Of a DNA stretch of 25,919 nt, positions 1-11,216 are shown one piece after another. This stretch comes from Eledone cirrhosa (Eukaryota). A program made the position numbers and the translations under genes. Where the stretch lies: the NCBI GenBank assembly GCA_964016885.1, contig CAXHJY010000352.1, positions 1-25,919 on the forward strand. Reading direction: 5' to 3'. The notes beneath the pieces were generated by a model. It had not been told where the DNA came from and made no database searches. It was given only the letters and a program-made list of their open reading frames with translations. Each line of letters starts with the position of its first letter. Within the stretch, counting starts at the first letter, position 1.

Positions 1-204
1 TATTATATATAATATATATAATATATATATATATATTATATATAATATATATATTATATATAATATATATATTATATATAATATATATATTATATATAAT
101 ATATATATTATATATATATATATTATATATAATATATATATATATATTATATATAATATATATATTATATATATATATATATATATTATATATAATATAT
201 ATAT

Positions 205-235
<31 letters not shown>

Positions 236-295
236 ATATATATATTATATATAATATATATATTATATATAATATATATATTATATATAATATAT

Positions 296-326
<31 letters not shown>

Positions 327-424
327 ATATATATATATATATTATATATAATATATATATATATATATTATATATAATATATATATATATATTATATATA
401 ATATATATATATATATATTATATA
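1..424. repeat. Degenerate (TA)n / TATTATATATAA microsatellite
   Basis: Pure A/T alternating sequence with recurring TATTATATATAA units. Confidence 0.95.
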
Positions 425-497
425 TTATACTCTGCTGCGAAGGATGAAATGAAACGAAATTTCATTTCTCACTCTTAGTACGGCTGTATAAATATAA

Positions 498-540
498 GTA
501 TGTATACGTACATACATATATGTGTACAGACGTACAGTAG

Positions 541-610
<70 letters not shown>

Positions 611-784
611 CATGCACACATATATACGGCTTAATTCGGGATGTTTGTTTACAAACAAACCGAGCATTATAATAAATGTTCGGTAAATCCATACGTACAT
701 ATATATATATGTGTGTGCATGTATGTATATATATATACATACTACTGGACGTCTGTATACATATATGTATGTACGTATACATAC
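498..784. repeat. Inverted repeat with ~53-bp arms in gene A intron 1
   Basis: 498-550 GTATGTATACGTACATACATATATGTGTACAGACGTACAGTAGTATGTATATA is the reverse complement of 732-784 with 2 mismatches; part of the right arm is tandemly duplicated at 787-820. Confidence 0.8.
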
Positions 785-952
785 ATGTCTGTATACATAT
801 ATGTATGTACGTATACATACTTATATATATATATATATACATAATTTAATATATCTACTAACATAAGCGCACAGATGTACGCCAATGCCAGCAAATACAC
901 AGGTTATGTCATAGTACCTAGGTGGTTCAATGCAGGGGGATGCAGAACAATA

Positions 953-1092
953 ATATAAAAGACGTAAAATAAGAAAATTAAAAAAAACAAATAAAAAAAA
1001 TTTTTAAGAATTAACTTACTTTCTTAAATTTAAATAAGTTAATTCTTTAAAATTTTTTTTTTTTAAATTTTCTTATTTTACGTCTTTTATAT
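953..1092. repeat. Fold-back palindrome (possible MITE remnant)
   Basis: Perfect 27-bp outer arms (953-979 ATATAAAAGACGTAAAATAAGAAAATT and 1066-1092) plus inner arms AAGAATTAACTTA 1006-1018 and TAAGTTAATTCTT 1035-1047. Confidence 0.85.
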
Positions 1093-1174
1093 ATATATAT
1101 TTATTTATATTTATATAAGCGATACCCAAATATGTATACATACCCACATACATACGTATATTTGTTATATACAG

Positions 1175-1367
1175 GTGGAGCTGACACAATCGTCATGTCA
1201 GACTTCAACATCGCCCCGCACCCTGTGATTATGGGGCAAGCCATAACATTAAAAATAAAGGCCCACACATTGAAAGTCCTGAATGGATCTGATGTGAAAT
1301 TGGACATAAACAAAAAAACCTTTTTCGGATCGATTCCACTGCCCTGTCTTTTCCACTTTGGATCATG
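1175..1367 (+). CDS. Gene A exon 2: ML-domain / GM2 activator-like protein
   Basis: Acceptor tatacag| at 1174 and donor |gtaagt at 1368; 193 nt, phase 1 to 2. Encodes GGADTIVMSDFNIAPHPVIMGQAITLKIKAHTLKVLNGSDVKLDINKKTFFGSIPLPCLFHFGS(C). The P-x-P motif and PC-x4-GSC match GM2AP-type ML domains. Same size as paralog exon 21373-21565. Confidence 0.9.
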
Positions 1368-1440
1368 GTAAGTTTTCTAATTAAAACCCTCCTATGGTAG
1401 GTAGGTATGTGTGTGTGTGTATGTATGTATGTATGTCATA

Positions 1441-1860
1441 ATATACATAAGGGGAGAGATGACCCCTTAGCCTTTGTCAAGGCAGAATTCTAGGAGAAGG
1501 AAAACTCTGATATAACACCTGCAACCCTGATGGTATCCAATGATGTTGACTTGTTCTTCTTTTTGGTAAATATCATCTTGGTTAAGAGAATGGGACTGGC
1601 TTTGTGCAGTGCCTTTGCTCACTATAAAAGCTTCACGGCACAGGCATTGCTTTATATCTGGAGATCTCTCTGCACTTGTCGTCCTATGGTACCATGAGCC
1701 CAGCACTATGTGTCAATAATTGTCACAAGTGTAGTGTTTGTACCAGAGTTTTCAAGTCGCTGGCTGGACTAAAAAGTCATATTCATTCAGCGCATCGGTA
1801 GGGGTTCTCCTACATGGGTATAAAGTAGTGGCCGTACTCGAAAACGAGTTGGCAGCCACC
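1441..1860 (+). mobile_element. ~400-bp non-autonomous RTE-derived retroelement, copy 1
   Basis: 1457-1862 is near-identical to 12217-12617. The 3' part encodes a remnant WRSL...C2H2 (CSVCTRVFKSLAGLKSHIHSAH*) typical of RTE-clade ORF2 C-termini. Candidate 8-bp TSD ATGTCATA at 1433-1440 and 1861-1868. Confidence 0.7.
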
Positions 1861-1876
1861 ATGTCATAGGTAATTA

Positions 1877-1921
<45 letters not shown>

Positions 1922-2216
1922 GAACATAAAAGAGAGATAAACACACATATATATTATATATATATATATATATATAATTGAACATAAAAGAGAGATAAAC
2001 ACATATATACATATATGTGTTTAATCCTTTGTTTCGTACAAAGCTTAGATTTTTTTTTTATGTAAAGAGTTTGGATTTTATTTACTTCAAGATTTTATTT
2101 ACTCCAAAAATTGAGATTTTTATTTAGGGCTGGGTTTAATACTTTTCGTACCAAAGTTAGACTCATATTTACTCCTCATAAATTTTATTTTTGCGACAAT
2201 CTTCCTCGCTTTTCAG

Positions 2217-2424
2217 TGTATATCGCGATTCCTGTAATCTTTTCAATCGGATGAAGTCTGAAAACTGGGGTGGCAAGATGGCTGACGTCGTACTCCAGAT
2301 TGAATCAATGTTCTCTCAGAGGAACATCAAGATTAAGTGTCCTGTACCAATTCAGAGTATGGCCATTGATAATTTCACTTTGAAGTTACCGACACTTTCA
2401 TCTACCGCCAAACTCCTCGTTGAA
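2217..2424 (+). CDS. Gene A exon 3: ML-domain / GM2 activator-like protein
   Basis: Acceptor cttttcag| at 2216 and donor |gtaagt at 2425; 208 nt, phase 2 to 0. TG+T completes the Cys of GSC. Encodes VYRDSCNLFNRMKSENWGGKMADVVLQIESMFSQRNIKIKCPVPIQSMAIDNFTLKLPTLSSTAKLLVE. Same size as 23201-23408. Confidence 0.9.
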
Positions 2425-2560
2425 GTAAGTTACCGTCTCTGCCTTATATTTTACCCTTGTCGTCTTTCTTCTTTCTTTTCTTCCCCCAGCTTCTTTTTTT
2501 TTCCTTCCTGGTAAATGTTGTTGTTGTTGCAGTTGTTGATGTTGTTACTATAGTTGTTAC

Positions 2561-2614
2561 CATCCTCCGGGGAAACGCCTTCTCTATTCTGTCCGCCGGG
2601 GCTGTGGGGAGGCC
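2561..2614 (+). mobile_element. 3'-terminal ORF fragment of CRE-like non-LTR retrotransposon
   Basis: 49/54 nt identical to 22935-22988; encodes ILRGNAFSIL. Confidence 0.75.
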
Positions 2615-2717
2615 CCCAATATGATTGACTGACTTGTCATTTTATCAGTCAACTGTTGACAAATTGACGTACCTGGCAGTATCAAAGACCGAAAATAAGA
2701 CACAAGTTCTCATTTAA

Positions 2718-5499
2718 CCCTTTAGCATTTACATTACTCTATATATACTATTATATTTTCATGGTAAAGGCTTTACCTCACATAATATCTCACATACCAT
2801 TCACATTACTCTATATATACTATTATATTTTCATGGTAAAGGCTTTACCTCACATAATATTTCACATAACATTCACATTACTCTATATATACTATTATAT
2901 TTTCATGGTAAAGGCTTTACCTCACATAATATCTCACATAACATTCACATTACTCTATATATACTATTATATTTTCAAGGTAAAGGCTTTACCTCACATA
3001 ATATCTCACATAGCATTCACATTACTCTATATATACTATTATATTTTCATGGTAAAGGCTTTACCTCACATAACATCTCACATACCATTCACATTACTCT
3101 ATATATACTATTATATTTTCATGGTAAAGGCTTTACCTCACATAACATCTCACATACCATTCACAATACTCTATATATACTATTATATTTTCACAGTAAA
3201 GGCTTTACCTCACATAACATCTCACATACCATTCACATTACTCTATATATACTATTATATTTTCATGGTAAAGGCTTTACCTCACATAATATCTCACATA
3301 ACATTCACATTACTCTATATATACTATTATATTTTCAAGGTAAAGGCTTTACCTCACATAATATCTCACATAGCATTCACATTACTCTATATATACTATT
3401 ATATTTTCATGGTAAAGGCTTTACCTCACATAACATCTCACATACCATTCACATTACTCTATATATACTATTATATTTTCATGGTAAAGGCTTTACCTCA
3501 CATAACATCTCACATACCATTCACATTACTCTATATATACTATTATATTTTCATGGTAAAGGCTTTACCTCACATAACATCTCACATACCATTCACATTA
3601 CTCTATATATACTACTATATTTTCATGGTAAAGGCTTTACCTCACATAATATCTCACATAACATTCACATTACTCTATATATACTATTATATTTTCAAGG
3701 TAAAGGCTTTACCTCACATAATATCTCACATAGCATTCACATTACTCTATATATACTATTATATTTTCATGGTAAAGGCTTTACCTCACATAACATCTCA
3801 CATAACATTCACATTACTCTATATATACTATTATGTTTTCAAGGTAAATGCTTTACCTCACATAACATTCACATTACTCTATATATACTATTGTATTTTC
3901 ATGGTAAAGGCTTTACCTCACATAACATTCACATTATTCTATATATACTATTATATTTTCATGGTAAAGGCTTTACCTCACATAACATTCACATTACTCT
4001 ATATATACTATTATATTTTCATGGTAAAGGCTTTACCTCACATAATATCTCACATAACATTTACATTACTCTATATATACTATTATATTTTCATGGTAAA
4101 GGCTTTACCTCACATAACATCTCACATTACTCTATATATACTATTATATTTTCATGGTAAAGGCTTTACCTCACATAACATCTCACATAACATTTACATT
4201 ACTCTATATATACTATTGTATTTTCATGGTAAAGGCTTTACCTCACATAACATTCACATTACTCTATATATACTATTATATTTTCATGGTAAAGGCTTTA
4301 CCTCACATAACATTCACATTACTCTATATATACTATTATATTTTCATGGTAAAGGCTTTACCTCACATAACATCTCACATAACATTCACATTACTCTATA
4401 TATACTATTATATATTTCAAGGTAAATGCTTTATCTCACATAATATCTCACATAACATTTACATTACTCTATATATACTATTATATTTTCATGGTAAAGG
4501 CTTTACCTCACATAATTATCTCACATAACATTTACATTACTCTATATATACTATTATATTTTCAAGGTAAAGGCTTTACCTCACATAACATCTCACATAA
4601 CATTCACATTACTCTATATATACTATTATATTTTCATGGTAAAGGCTTTACCTCACATAACATCTCACATAACATTCACATTACTCTATATATACTATTA
4701 TATATTTCAAGGTAAATGCTTTATCTCACATAATATCTCACATAACATTTACATTACTCTATATATACTATTATATTTTCATGGTAAAGGCTTTACCTCA
4801 CATAACATTCACATTACACTATATATACTATTATGTTTTCAAGGTAAATGCTTTATCTCACATAACATTCACATTACTCTATATATACTATTATATTTTC
4901 ATGGTAAAGGCTTTACCTCACATAACATCTCACATATCATTCACATTACTCTATATATACTATTGTATTTTCATGGTAAAGGCTTTACCTCACATAACAT
5001 CTCACATAACATTCACATTACTCTATATATACTATTATATATTTGAAGGTAAATGCTTTATCTCACATAATATCTCACATAACATTTACATTACTCTATA
5101 TATACTATTATATTTTCAAGGTAAAGGCTTTACCTCACATAACATCTCACATATCATTCACATTACTCTATATATACTATTATATTTTCATGGTAAAGGC
5201 TTTACCTCACATAACATCTCACATTACTCTATATATACTATTATATTTTCAAGGTAAAGGCTTTACCTCACATAACATCTCACATATCATTCACATTACT
5301 CTATATATACTATTATATTTTCATGGTAAAGGCTTTATCTCACATAATTATCACACATAATATTGAATCTATGAGATTTTGAAAGTATTTATTTTGAGAA
5401 CAATACCTTAACATCAGTTTGAGCGACCAGTTACAGCCAGTTTCAACAGAAAAAGGTAGAGAATTCTGGCCGGTTTTGGTCGGTTTGAACATTAAAGGG
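2718..5499. mobile_element. piggyBac-like non-autonomous element (MITE) with internal minisatellite expansion
   Basis: TTAA (2714-2717)|CCCTTTA...TAAAGGG|TTAA (5500-5503): the TTAA target duplication and CCC/GGG termini are piggyBac hallmarks. An unexpanded homolog lies at 20384-20587. Confidence 0.8.
2731..5358. repeat. 72-bp (later 60-bp variant) minisatellite, roughly 38 units
   Basis: Unit ATGGTAAAGGCTTTACCTCACATAATATCTCACATACCATTCACATTACTCTATATATACTATTATATTTTC (2761 to 2833); 60-bp variants lack the internal 12-bp duplication. Confidence 0.95.
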
Positions 5500-5605
5500 T
5501 TAAGGCTCTTTCCTCACCCTTCTCTCTCTCCCTCTCACCTCTGCTTTCTCTCCGCCGCTCTCTTCGCTTAACAATACATTGTAGTAGCTACACAATTTAA
5601 CCGGA

Positions 5606-5712
5606 GTTGTTGTTGCTGTTGTTACTGTTGTTGTTGTTACTACTGTTGTTGCTGCAGTTATTGTTGTTACTATAGTTGCTGTTGCAGTTGTTACTGTTGT
5701 TGCTGTTACTGT
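5606..5712. repeat. Degenerate (GTT)n microsatellite
   Basis: GTT/GCT/ACT triplets, similar to the tract at 2517-2560. Confidence 0.85.
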
Positions 5713-5867
5713 TTAGTCTGTCGAAGGTCCTCCATGATCGAGCAACAGCCACAACATCAAAGACATTCCACCCGTGACCATCATAACTCCATTCACTACG
5801 TGTTTTAGTTGAGCTTCGTAATTTTTGTTGCTGTTGTTCTTCTTCCTTTTCTTTTTCTTCTTCTTCT

Positions 5868-5941
<74 letters not shown>

Positions 5942-6065
5942 GGAATTGTAATGTCCAGTTACTGTTGGTTCACCAGAGTCACCACTCGACGCTTAGTTCC
6001 AGTAAACGTAATGAAGACCTAACAAATCTTCCTTTTTATTATTATTAATATATATATATATATCA

Positions 6066-6252
6066 GGCGGTGGATTGGCAGTATCGGTAGAGGGTCGGAC
6101 GCCATGCTTTCCAGCATAGTTACGTCCCTTTACGATCTGAGTTCAAATCCCGCCGAGGTTGACTTTGCCTTTCATCCTGACGGGGTCGATAAAATAAAGT
6201 ACCAGTAATGCACTGGGTAATTGCTGGCCTTGTGCCAAAAGTAGAAACAATT
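6066..6252 (+). mobile_element. tRNA-derived SINE (octopus OK-like)
   Basis: GGCGGTGGATTGGCAGTATCGG A-box-like head, GAGTTCAAATCC B-box, body CTTTGCCTTTCATCC...GGGGTCGATAAAATAAAGTACCAG, tail GGCCTTGTGCCAAAAGTAGAAACAATT; many copies in the window. Confidence 0.85.
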
Positions 6253-6270
6253 ATTAATATATATATATCA

Positions 6271-6457
6271 GGCGGTGGATTGGCAGTATAGGTAGAGGGT
6301 CGGACGCCATGCTTTCCAGCATAGTTACTTCCCTTTACGGTCTGAGTTCAAATCCCGCCGAGGTTAACTTTGCCTTTCATCCTTACGGGGTCGATAAAAT
6401 AAAGTACCAGTAATACACTGGGTAATTGCTGGCCTTGTGCCTAAAGTAGAAACAATT
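6271..6457 (+). mobile_element. tRNA-derived SINE (OK-like), tandem duplicate of 6066-6252
   Basis: Near-identical to the preceding copy, including the upstream flank ATTAATATATATATATCA. Confidence 0.85.
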
Positions 6458-6584
6458 AATATATATATATCACAGAAAAAAAGAGAATCAATGTTTTTCT
6501 GTGATATCATACTCACTCTGTTCTATGAGAGCATCGAGTGGTCATACGCCCTACCGCATACGGACGCTTTAAGCATCCAACACC

Positions 6585-6618
<34 letters not shown>

Positions 6619-6895
6619 TAAAACATGTCTATAGAATCAATCAGATATTAAAATATATACTCTTTCTTCCTCTAATCAGCATAATTAACCATATACATAA
6701 TCAAATCCAGCAAGCTTTAAGAGTAAATTTTATAACGGGGAAATCTCCGACAAACAATTGATCGCAGCCAGTTCGCGTTAACTCCGTTCCATTATTTATC
6801 AAACACTTCGGCAACATGCAGAATCCGATCAAATATATCGTCAACCGCACGTAATTAGTAGTAAAATTAAACTTAGAAGAAATGCGCACATACCG

Positions 6896-6944
<49 letters not shown>

Positions 6945-7554
6945 TGTTAGGTTTTGCCTACCACAATGTTCAATTTGTCAAGCTATTTAAACGTATGTTA
7001 TTTCTCTAATTGAGTGCTTTGCTAACTCATTCATATTGTAGGTCGACTTTGCTTGCTCACAGCCAAAGCTTCGATTTTACTAAGCTTCCACATGTATATA
7101 TATATATATGGTAATAATAATAAATTTGAAGTCTAAAATCCAAAGAAGGCTCGATAAGGATAAATATATATCAAATATATAAGAACCGTAGAGCAAATAT
7201 TTATTAAAATAACAGATTAAAGTTTAAACAAAGAATCGCTGCTTTCACCCTTAACGGGATCTTCTGAAATATATATGTATATATATTATAAAAAGGGAAA
7301 TAAGGTTCTATACAAAACAGTGGATATAGAGAAAAGGTGAAGTTGGAAATAGCACGGAAAATATATTTTAGGGTCTGTTTTTCTTTTTTTTTTCCCTTTC
7401 TTTGATTCGACAAAGTGACATTATTTAAAAAAATGGGAGGGATAATTCTTCTAAAAAAGAGTTTTATAATGTATATAAAGTATATAAAGAAAAGAAAAAC
7501 AGACCCTAATATATATTCTCCGTGCTATTTCTAACCCCCCCCCCTCTCTCTCTC

Positions 7555-7597
<43 letters not shown>

Positions 7598-7599
<2 letters not shown>

Positions 7600-8035
7600 A
7601 GGGCGGGTAAAATTCCCGAGATCCATGGACGAGTTCTCTGTCCCTCATTATCGCTGCCATGTCCTGCGTCTCCAACAGACCAGTGTCTGTCCTTAGGGCA
7701 TCAACATACATTAACCTTGGTTTTCCGCTTCCAGTGTGTCCATGTAGGGGCTCCCACAGGAGCACTGAGTGCAATGTCAACTCTGGATGTTGGTGAGCAT
7801 GTCCAGCTAACCTCAGTCTCCTCTGTGTCACTTTTGAGCTGACTTTTGGGAGGCTCCCGTACAGCTCTGAGTTTTTCATCCTCAGTGTATACTGATTAAT
7901 GTTCAGAGCCATCCTCAGCATTCTTGTGTAGCACCCAACCACCATCTGAGTGAGTTTCTTGGTCAGTGTCCAAGTCTCAGACCCATACAGCAGCACAGAC
8001 TCCACTACAGCAATGAAGAGGCGGATTTTCAGGTC
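7598..8035 (-). pseudogene. 5'-truncated RTE-group LINE, ORF2 C-terminal (post-RT thumb) region
   Basis: Translation LKIRLFIAVVESVLLYGSETWTLTKK...CYTRMLRMALNI...RRLRLAGH...LLWEP..G..GKPRLMYVDAL contains the LLYGSETW and RRLRxAGH motifs; followed on its own strand by a (TA)n tail. Confidence 0.85.
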
Positions 8036-8036
8036 T

Positions 8037-8074
<38 letters not shown>

Positions 8075-8448
8075 TATTTTACGTCCACTTTTCCCTGCTT
8101 GCAAGGGTGGGACGGGAACGGGTTCTGGCTTGATTTCTACAGCTGGATGCCCTTCCTAACACCAACCTCATTTACAGTGAGTGCTGGGTGCTTTTTTGCC
8201 GTGGCACCTCCACGACCACTTTACAGTGAGTGCTGGGTGCTTCTTTGCCGTGGCACCTCCACGACCACTTTACTGTGGAATGATATGGACCCCAGTCCTA
8301 TCATCTCATTTCTACAGCTGAGTAAACTGGAGCAATGTGAAATAAAGTGTCTTGCTCAAGGACACAACACATCACCCGGTCTGAGAATTGAACTCACAAC
8401 CTTTCGATTGCAAGGCCAATGCTCTAACCACTAAAACATGTGCCTCCA
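8037..8448 (-). mobile_element. CORE-type tRNA SINE (octopus OR-like) with (GAT)n tail
   Basis: Minus strand reads TGGAGGCACATG..TAGTGGTTAGAGC (A box), GAGTTCAATTC (B box), CORE-like GTGTCCTTGAGCAAGACACTT, an internal 49-bp tandem duplication (8171-8268) and a terminal (GAT)n. Confidence 0.7.
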
Positions 8449-8854
8449 TATATATATATATAAAGATACAGAGCTTAGCTTTGTTTACAAACAGCGTAGA
8501 ATTTGAAAATTGGAGTTATAAAAAACCCTAGATTGAAAAAAGGATGAGCATTGATGTACAAGGGACACGAACTCACATCTTTGGCTATCATGGCCACATA
8601 TAACGTCAAACCACTACCAGCACTACTACAATTACTATCCTCACCACAGAGGGGCCTCGTTTGCCTTCAAAATGTGAGGGGGACAAACCAACATTTGTTG
8701 ATTCTTAAAGGAACATGTTAGTATTGCTTCTGGAGCCTTCCTCGGACCCTATCACATTAGGAAAATTTTATGCTAATTAAATTTTAAATATTCAAATGAA
8801 GTTCAGATATAAAAAAATAAGCTTAAAAAGAATTTACTATAATTATAACAAATG

Positions 8855-9447
8855 GGCGGTGAATTGGCAGTATCAGTAAAGGGTCGGACGCCATGCTTTG
8901 CAACATCGAGTTACGGCCCTTTATGGTCTGAGTTCAAATCCCGCCGAGGTTAACTTTGCCTTTCATCCTTACGGGGTCGATAAAATAAAGTACCAGTAAT
9001 ACACTGGGTAATTGCTGGCCTTGTGCCAAAAGTAGAAATAATTATTATACCCGTTGAACCATGAGTTCAAATCCCACCGAGGTTAGCTTTGCCTTTCATC
9101 CTTACGGGGTCGATAAAATAAAGTACCAGTAATACACTGGTGTTAATTGCTGGCCTTGTGCCAACAGTAGAAATAATTATTACACCTGTTGAACCATGAG
9201 TTCAAATCCCACCGAGGTTAGCTTTGCCTTTCATCCTTACGGTGTCGATAAAATAAAGTACCAGTAATACACTGGTATTAATTGCTGGCCTTGTGCCAAA
9301 AGAAGAAATAATTATTACACCCGTTGAACCATGAGTTCAAATCCCACCGAGGTTAACTTTGCCATTCATCCTTACGGGGTCGATAAAATAAAGTACCAGT
9401 AATACACTGGTGTTAATTGCTGGCCTTGTGCCAAAAGTAGAAACAAT
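8855..9447 (+). mobile_element. OK-like SINE followed by three tandem 135-bp SINE 3'-half repeats
   Basis: Full copy at 8855-9043; ATGAGTTCAAATCCC recurs at 9061, 9196 and 9331 (period 135). Confidence 0.85.
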
Positions 9448-9501
9448 GATATTCTTATATTTTTTTCTTTTTCGTTTTGCTTTCTGTTTTGTTTTATTTA
9501 G

Positions 9502-9591
9502 GGAGATTATGACATTAAGTTGACAGCCACGGATCGTCACACGAGAAGGACCACGCTCTGTATGAAGTTCGATTTGAAAATTGCAAAATAA
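9502..9591 (+). CDS. Gene A exon 4 (terminal coding exon): ML-domain / GM2 activator-like protein
   Basis: Long pyrimidine tract and ttatttag| at 9501; phase 0 matches the exon 3 donor. Encodes GDYDIKLTATDRHTRRTTLCMKFDLKIAK* with the G-D/N-Y motif and terminal Cys of ML domains; TAA at 9589-9591. Absent from the ORF track. Confidence 0.88.
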   Translation, partial: GDYDIKLTATDRHTRRTTLCMKFDLKIAK

Positions 9592-9774
9592 ACCTATAGC
9601 CACTGACACTAGCTGCTCTCAATCGATCGATATCGATCTCTCTGGCACCCATCCACACATACTAACACTCAATGATGGATAAATTCTAAACGGAAGAACT
9701 CTTGGCTGCGTTGTATATATGTATAGACGCATATATATATATATATATATGCATAATGCATACACACACTCGTA

Positions 9775-9854
9775 CATATATGTATAAATATATATATGTA
9801 TATGTATATGTATATATGTATATATGTATATGTATATATGTATATATGTATATG

Positions 9855-9909
<55 letters not shown>

Positions 9910-9948
9910 ATATGTATATATGTATATGTATATGTATATATGTATATG

Positions 9949-9979
<31 letters not shown>

Positions 9980-10233
9980 CTATATGTATATATGTATATG
10001 TATATGTATATATATGTATATGTATATATATGTATATGTATATATATATGTATATGTATATGTATATATGTATATGTATATGTATATATATATATATGTA
10101 TATATGTATATATATATATATGTATATATATAAATGTATATGTATATATAAATGTATATGTATATATATATGTATATGTATATATATATGTATATGTATA
10201 TATATATGTATATGTATATATATATGTATATAA

Positions 10234-10264
<31 letters not shown>

Positions 10265-10352
10265 TTTATGTATGTATATATATATTTATATATGTATATA
10301 TATATTTATATATATGTATGTATATATATATTTATATATGTATATATATATT

Positions 10353-10414
<62 letters not shown>

Positions 10415-10656
10415 TATATATGTATATATGTATATATATATATATAGTTATATATATGTATATATGTATATATATATATATGTATATATGTATATATATA
10501 TATATATAGTTATATATATGTATATATGTATATATATATTTATATATATGTATATATGTATATATATATATATATTTATATGTATGTATGTATATATATA
10601 TATGTATATATATATGTATATATGTATATATATATATATATTTATATGTATGTATG

Positions 10657-10687
<31 letters not shown>

Positions 10688-10692
10688 GTATG

Positions 10693-10723
<31 letters not shown>

Positions 10724-10724
10724 G

Positions 10725-10764
<40 letters not shown>

Positions 10765-11083
10765 TATGTATGTATATATATATATATATATATATAGTTA
10801 TATGTATGTATGTATATATATATATATATATAGTTATATGTATGTATATATATATATATATATAGTTATATATATGTATATATATATATATATATAGTTA
10901 TATATATGTATATATATATATATATATAGTTATATATATGTATATATATATATATATATAGTTATATGTATGTATATATATATATATATATAGTTATATA
11001 TATATATATATATATATATAGTTATATGTATGTATATATATATATATATATAGTTATATATATACATATATATATTTATATAT
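9775..11083. repeat. ~1.3-kb compound (TA)/(TATG)/(TAGTTA) microsatellite
   Basis: Low-complexity tract; source of the many YI/MY ORFs. Confidence 0.95.
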
Positions 11084-11105
11084 AGGGAGCTCGTGTCACT
11101 CTTGT

Positions 11106-11116
11106 AATAAAATAAA
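11106..11116 (+). promoter_or_regulatory. Candidate polyadenylation signals for gene A (overlapping AATAAA x2)
   Basis: AATAAAATAAA followed by T/GT-rich sequence; another AATAAA overlaps the stop codon at 9587-9592. Confidence 0.3.
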
Positions 11117-11182
11117 CTCTATTTTACTATATCAAATGTATTATGTTCTATTTATTGTCTGTCTGCATGCGTGGGATTCTGG

Positions 11183-11216
<34 letters not shown>

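Noticed and set aside
841-960. Gene A exon 1 within the window
   Set aside because: No ATG-signal peptide-WxxC frame with a phase-1 donor was found upstream of 1175; exon 1 must lie before the window
2761-4425. 554-aa ORF (MVKALPHIISHI... repeat protein)
   Set aside because: Translation of a 72/60-bp minisatellite whose unit length is a multiple of three; it lies inside a MITE in gene A intron 3, and the frame shifts repeatedly further along the array
6066-6150. tRNA genes at SINE heads
   Set aside because: A and B boxes are present, but there is no cloverleaf or acceptor stem and the heads continue into a shared SINE body
6640-6900. 62-aa minus-strand ORF / CpG-richer intronic island
   Set aside because: No recognisable motif or usable splice frame; left unassigned
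9337-9609. Minus-strand 90-aa ORF
   Set aside because: Antisense to gene A exon 4 and runs into SINE sequence
9702-10897. Multiple YI/MY-rich ORFs
   Set aside because: Translations of TA/TATG microsatellite
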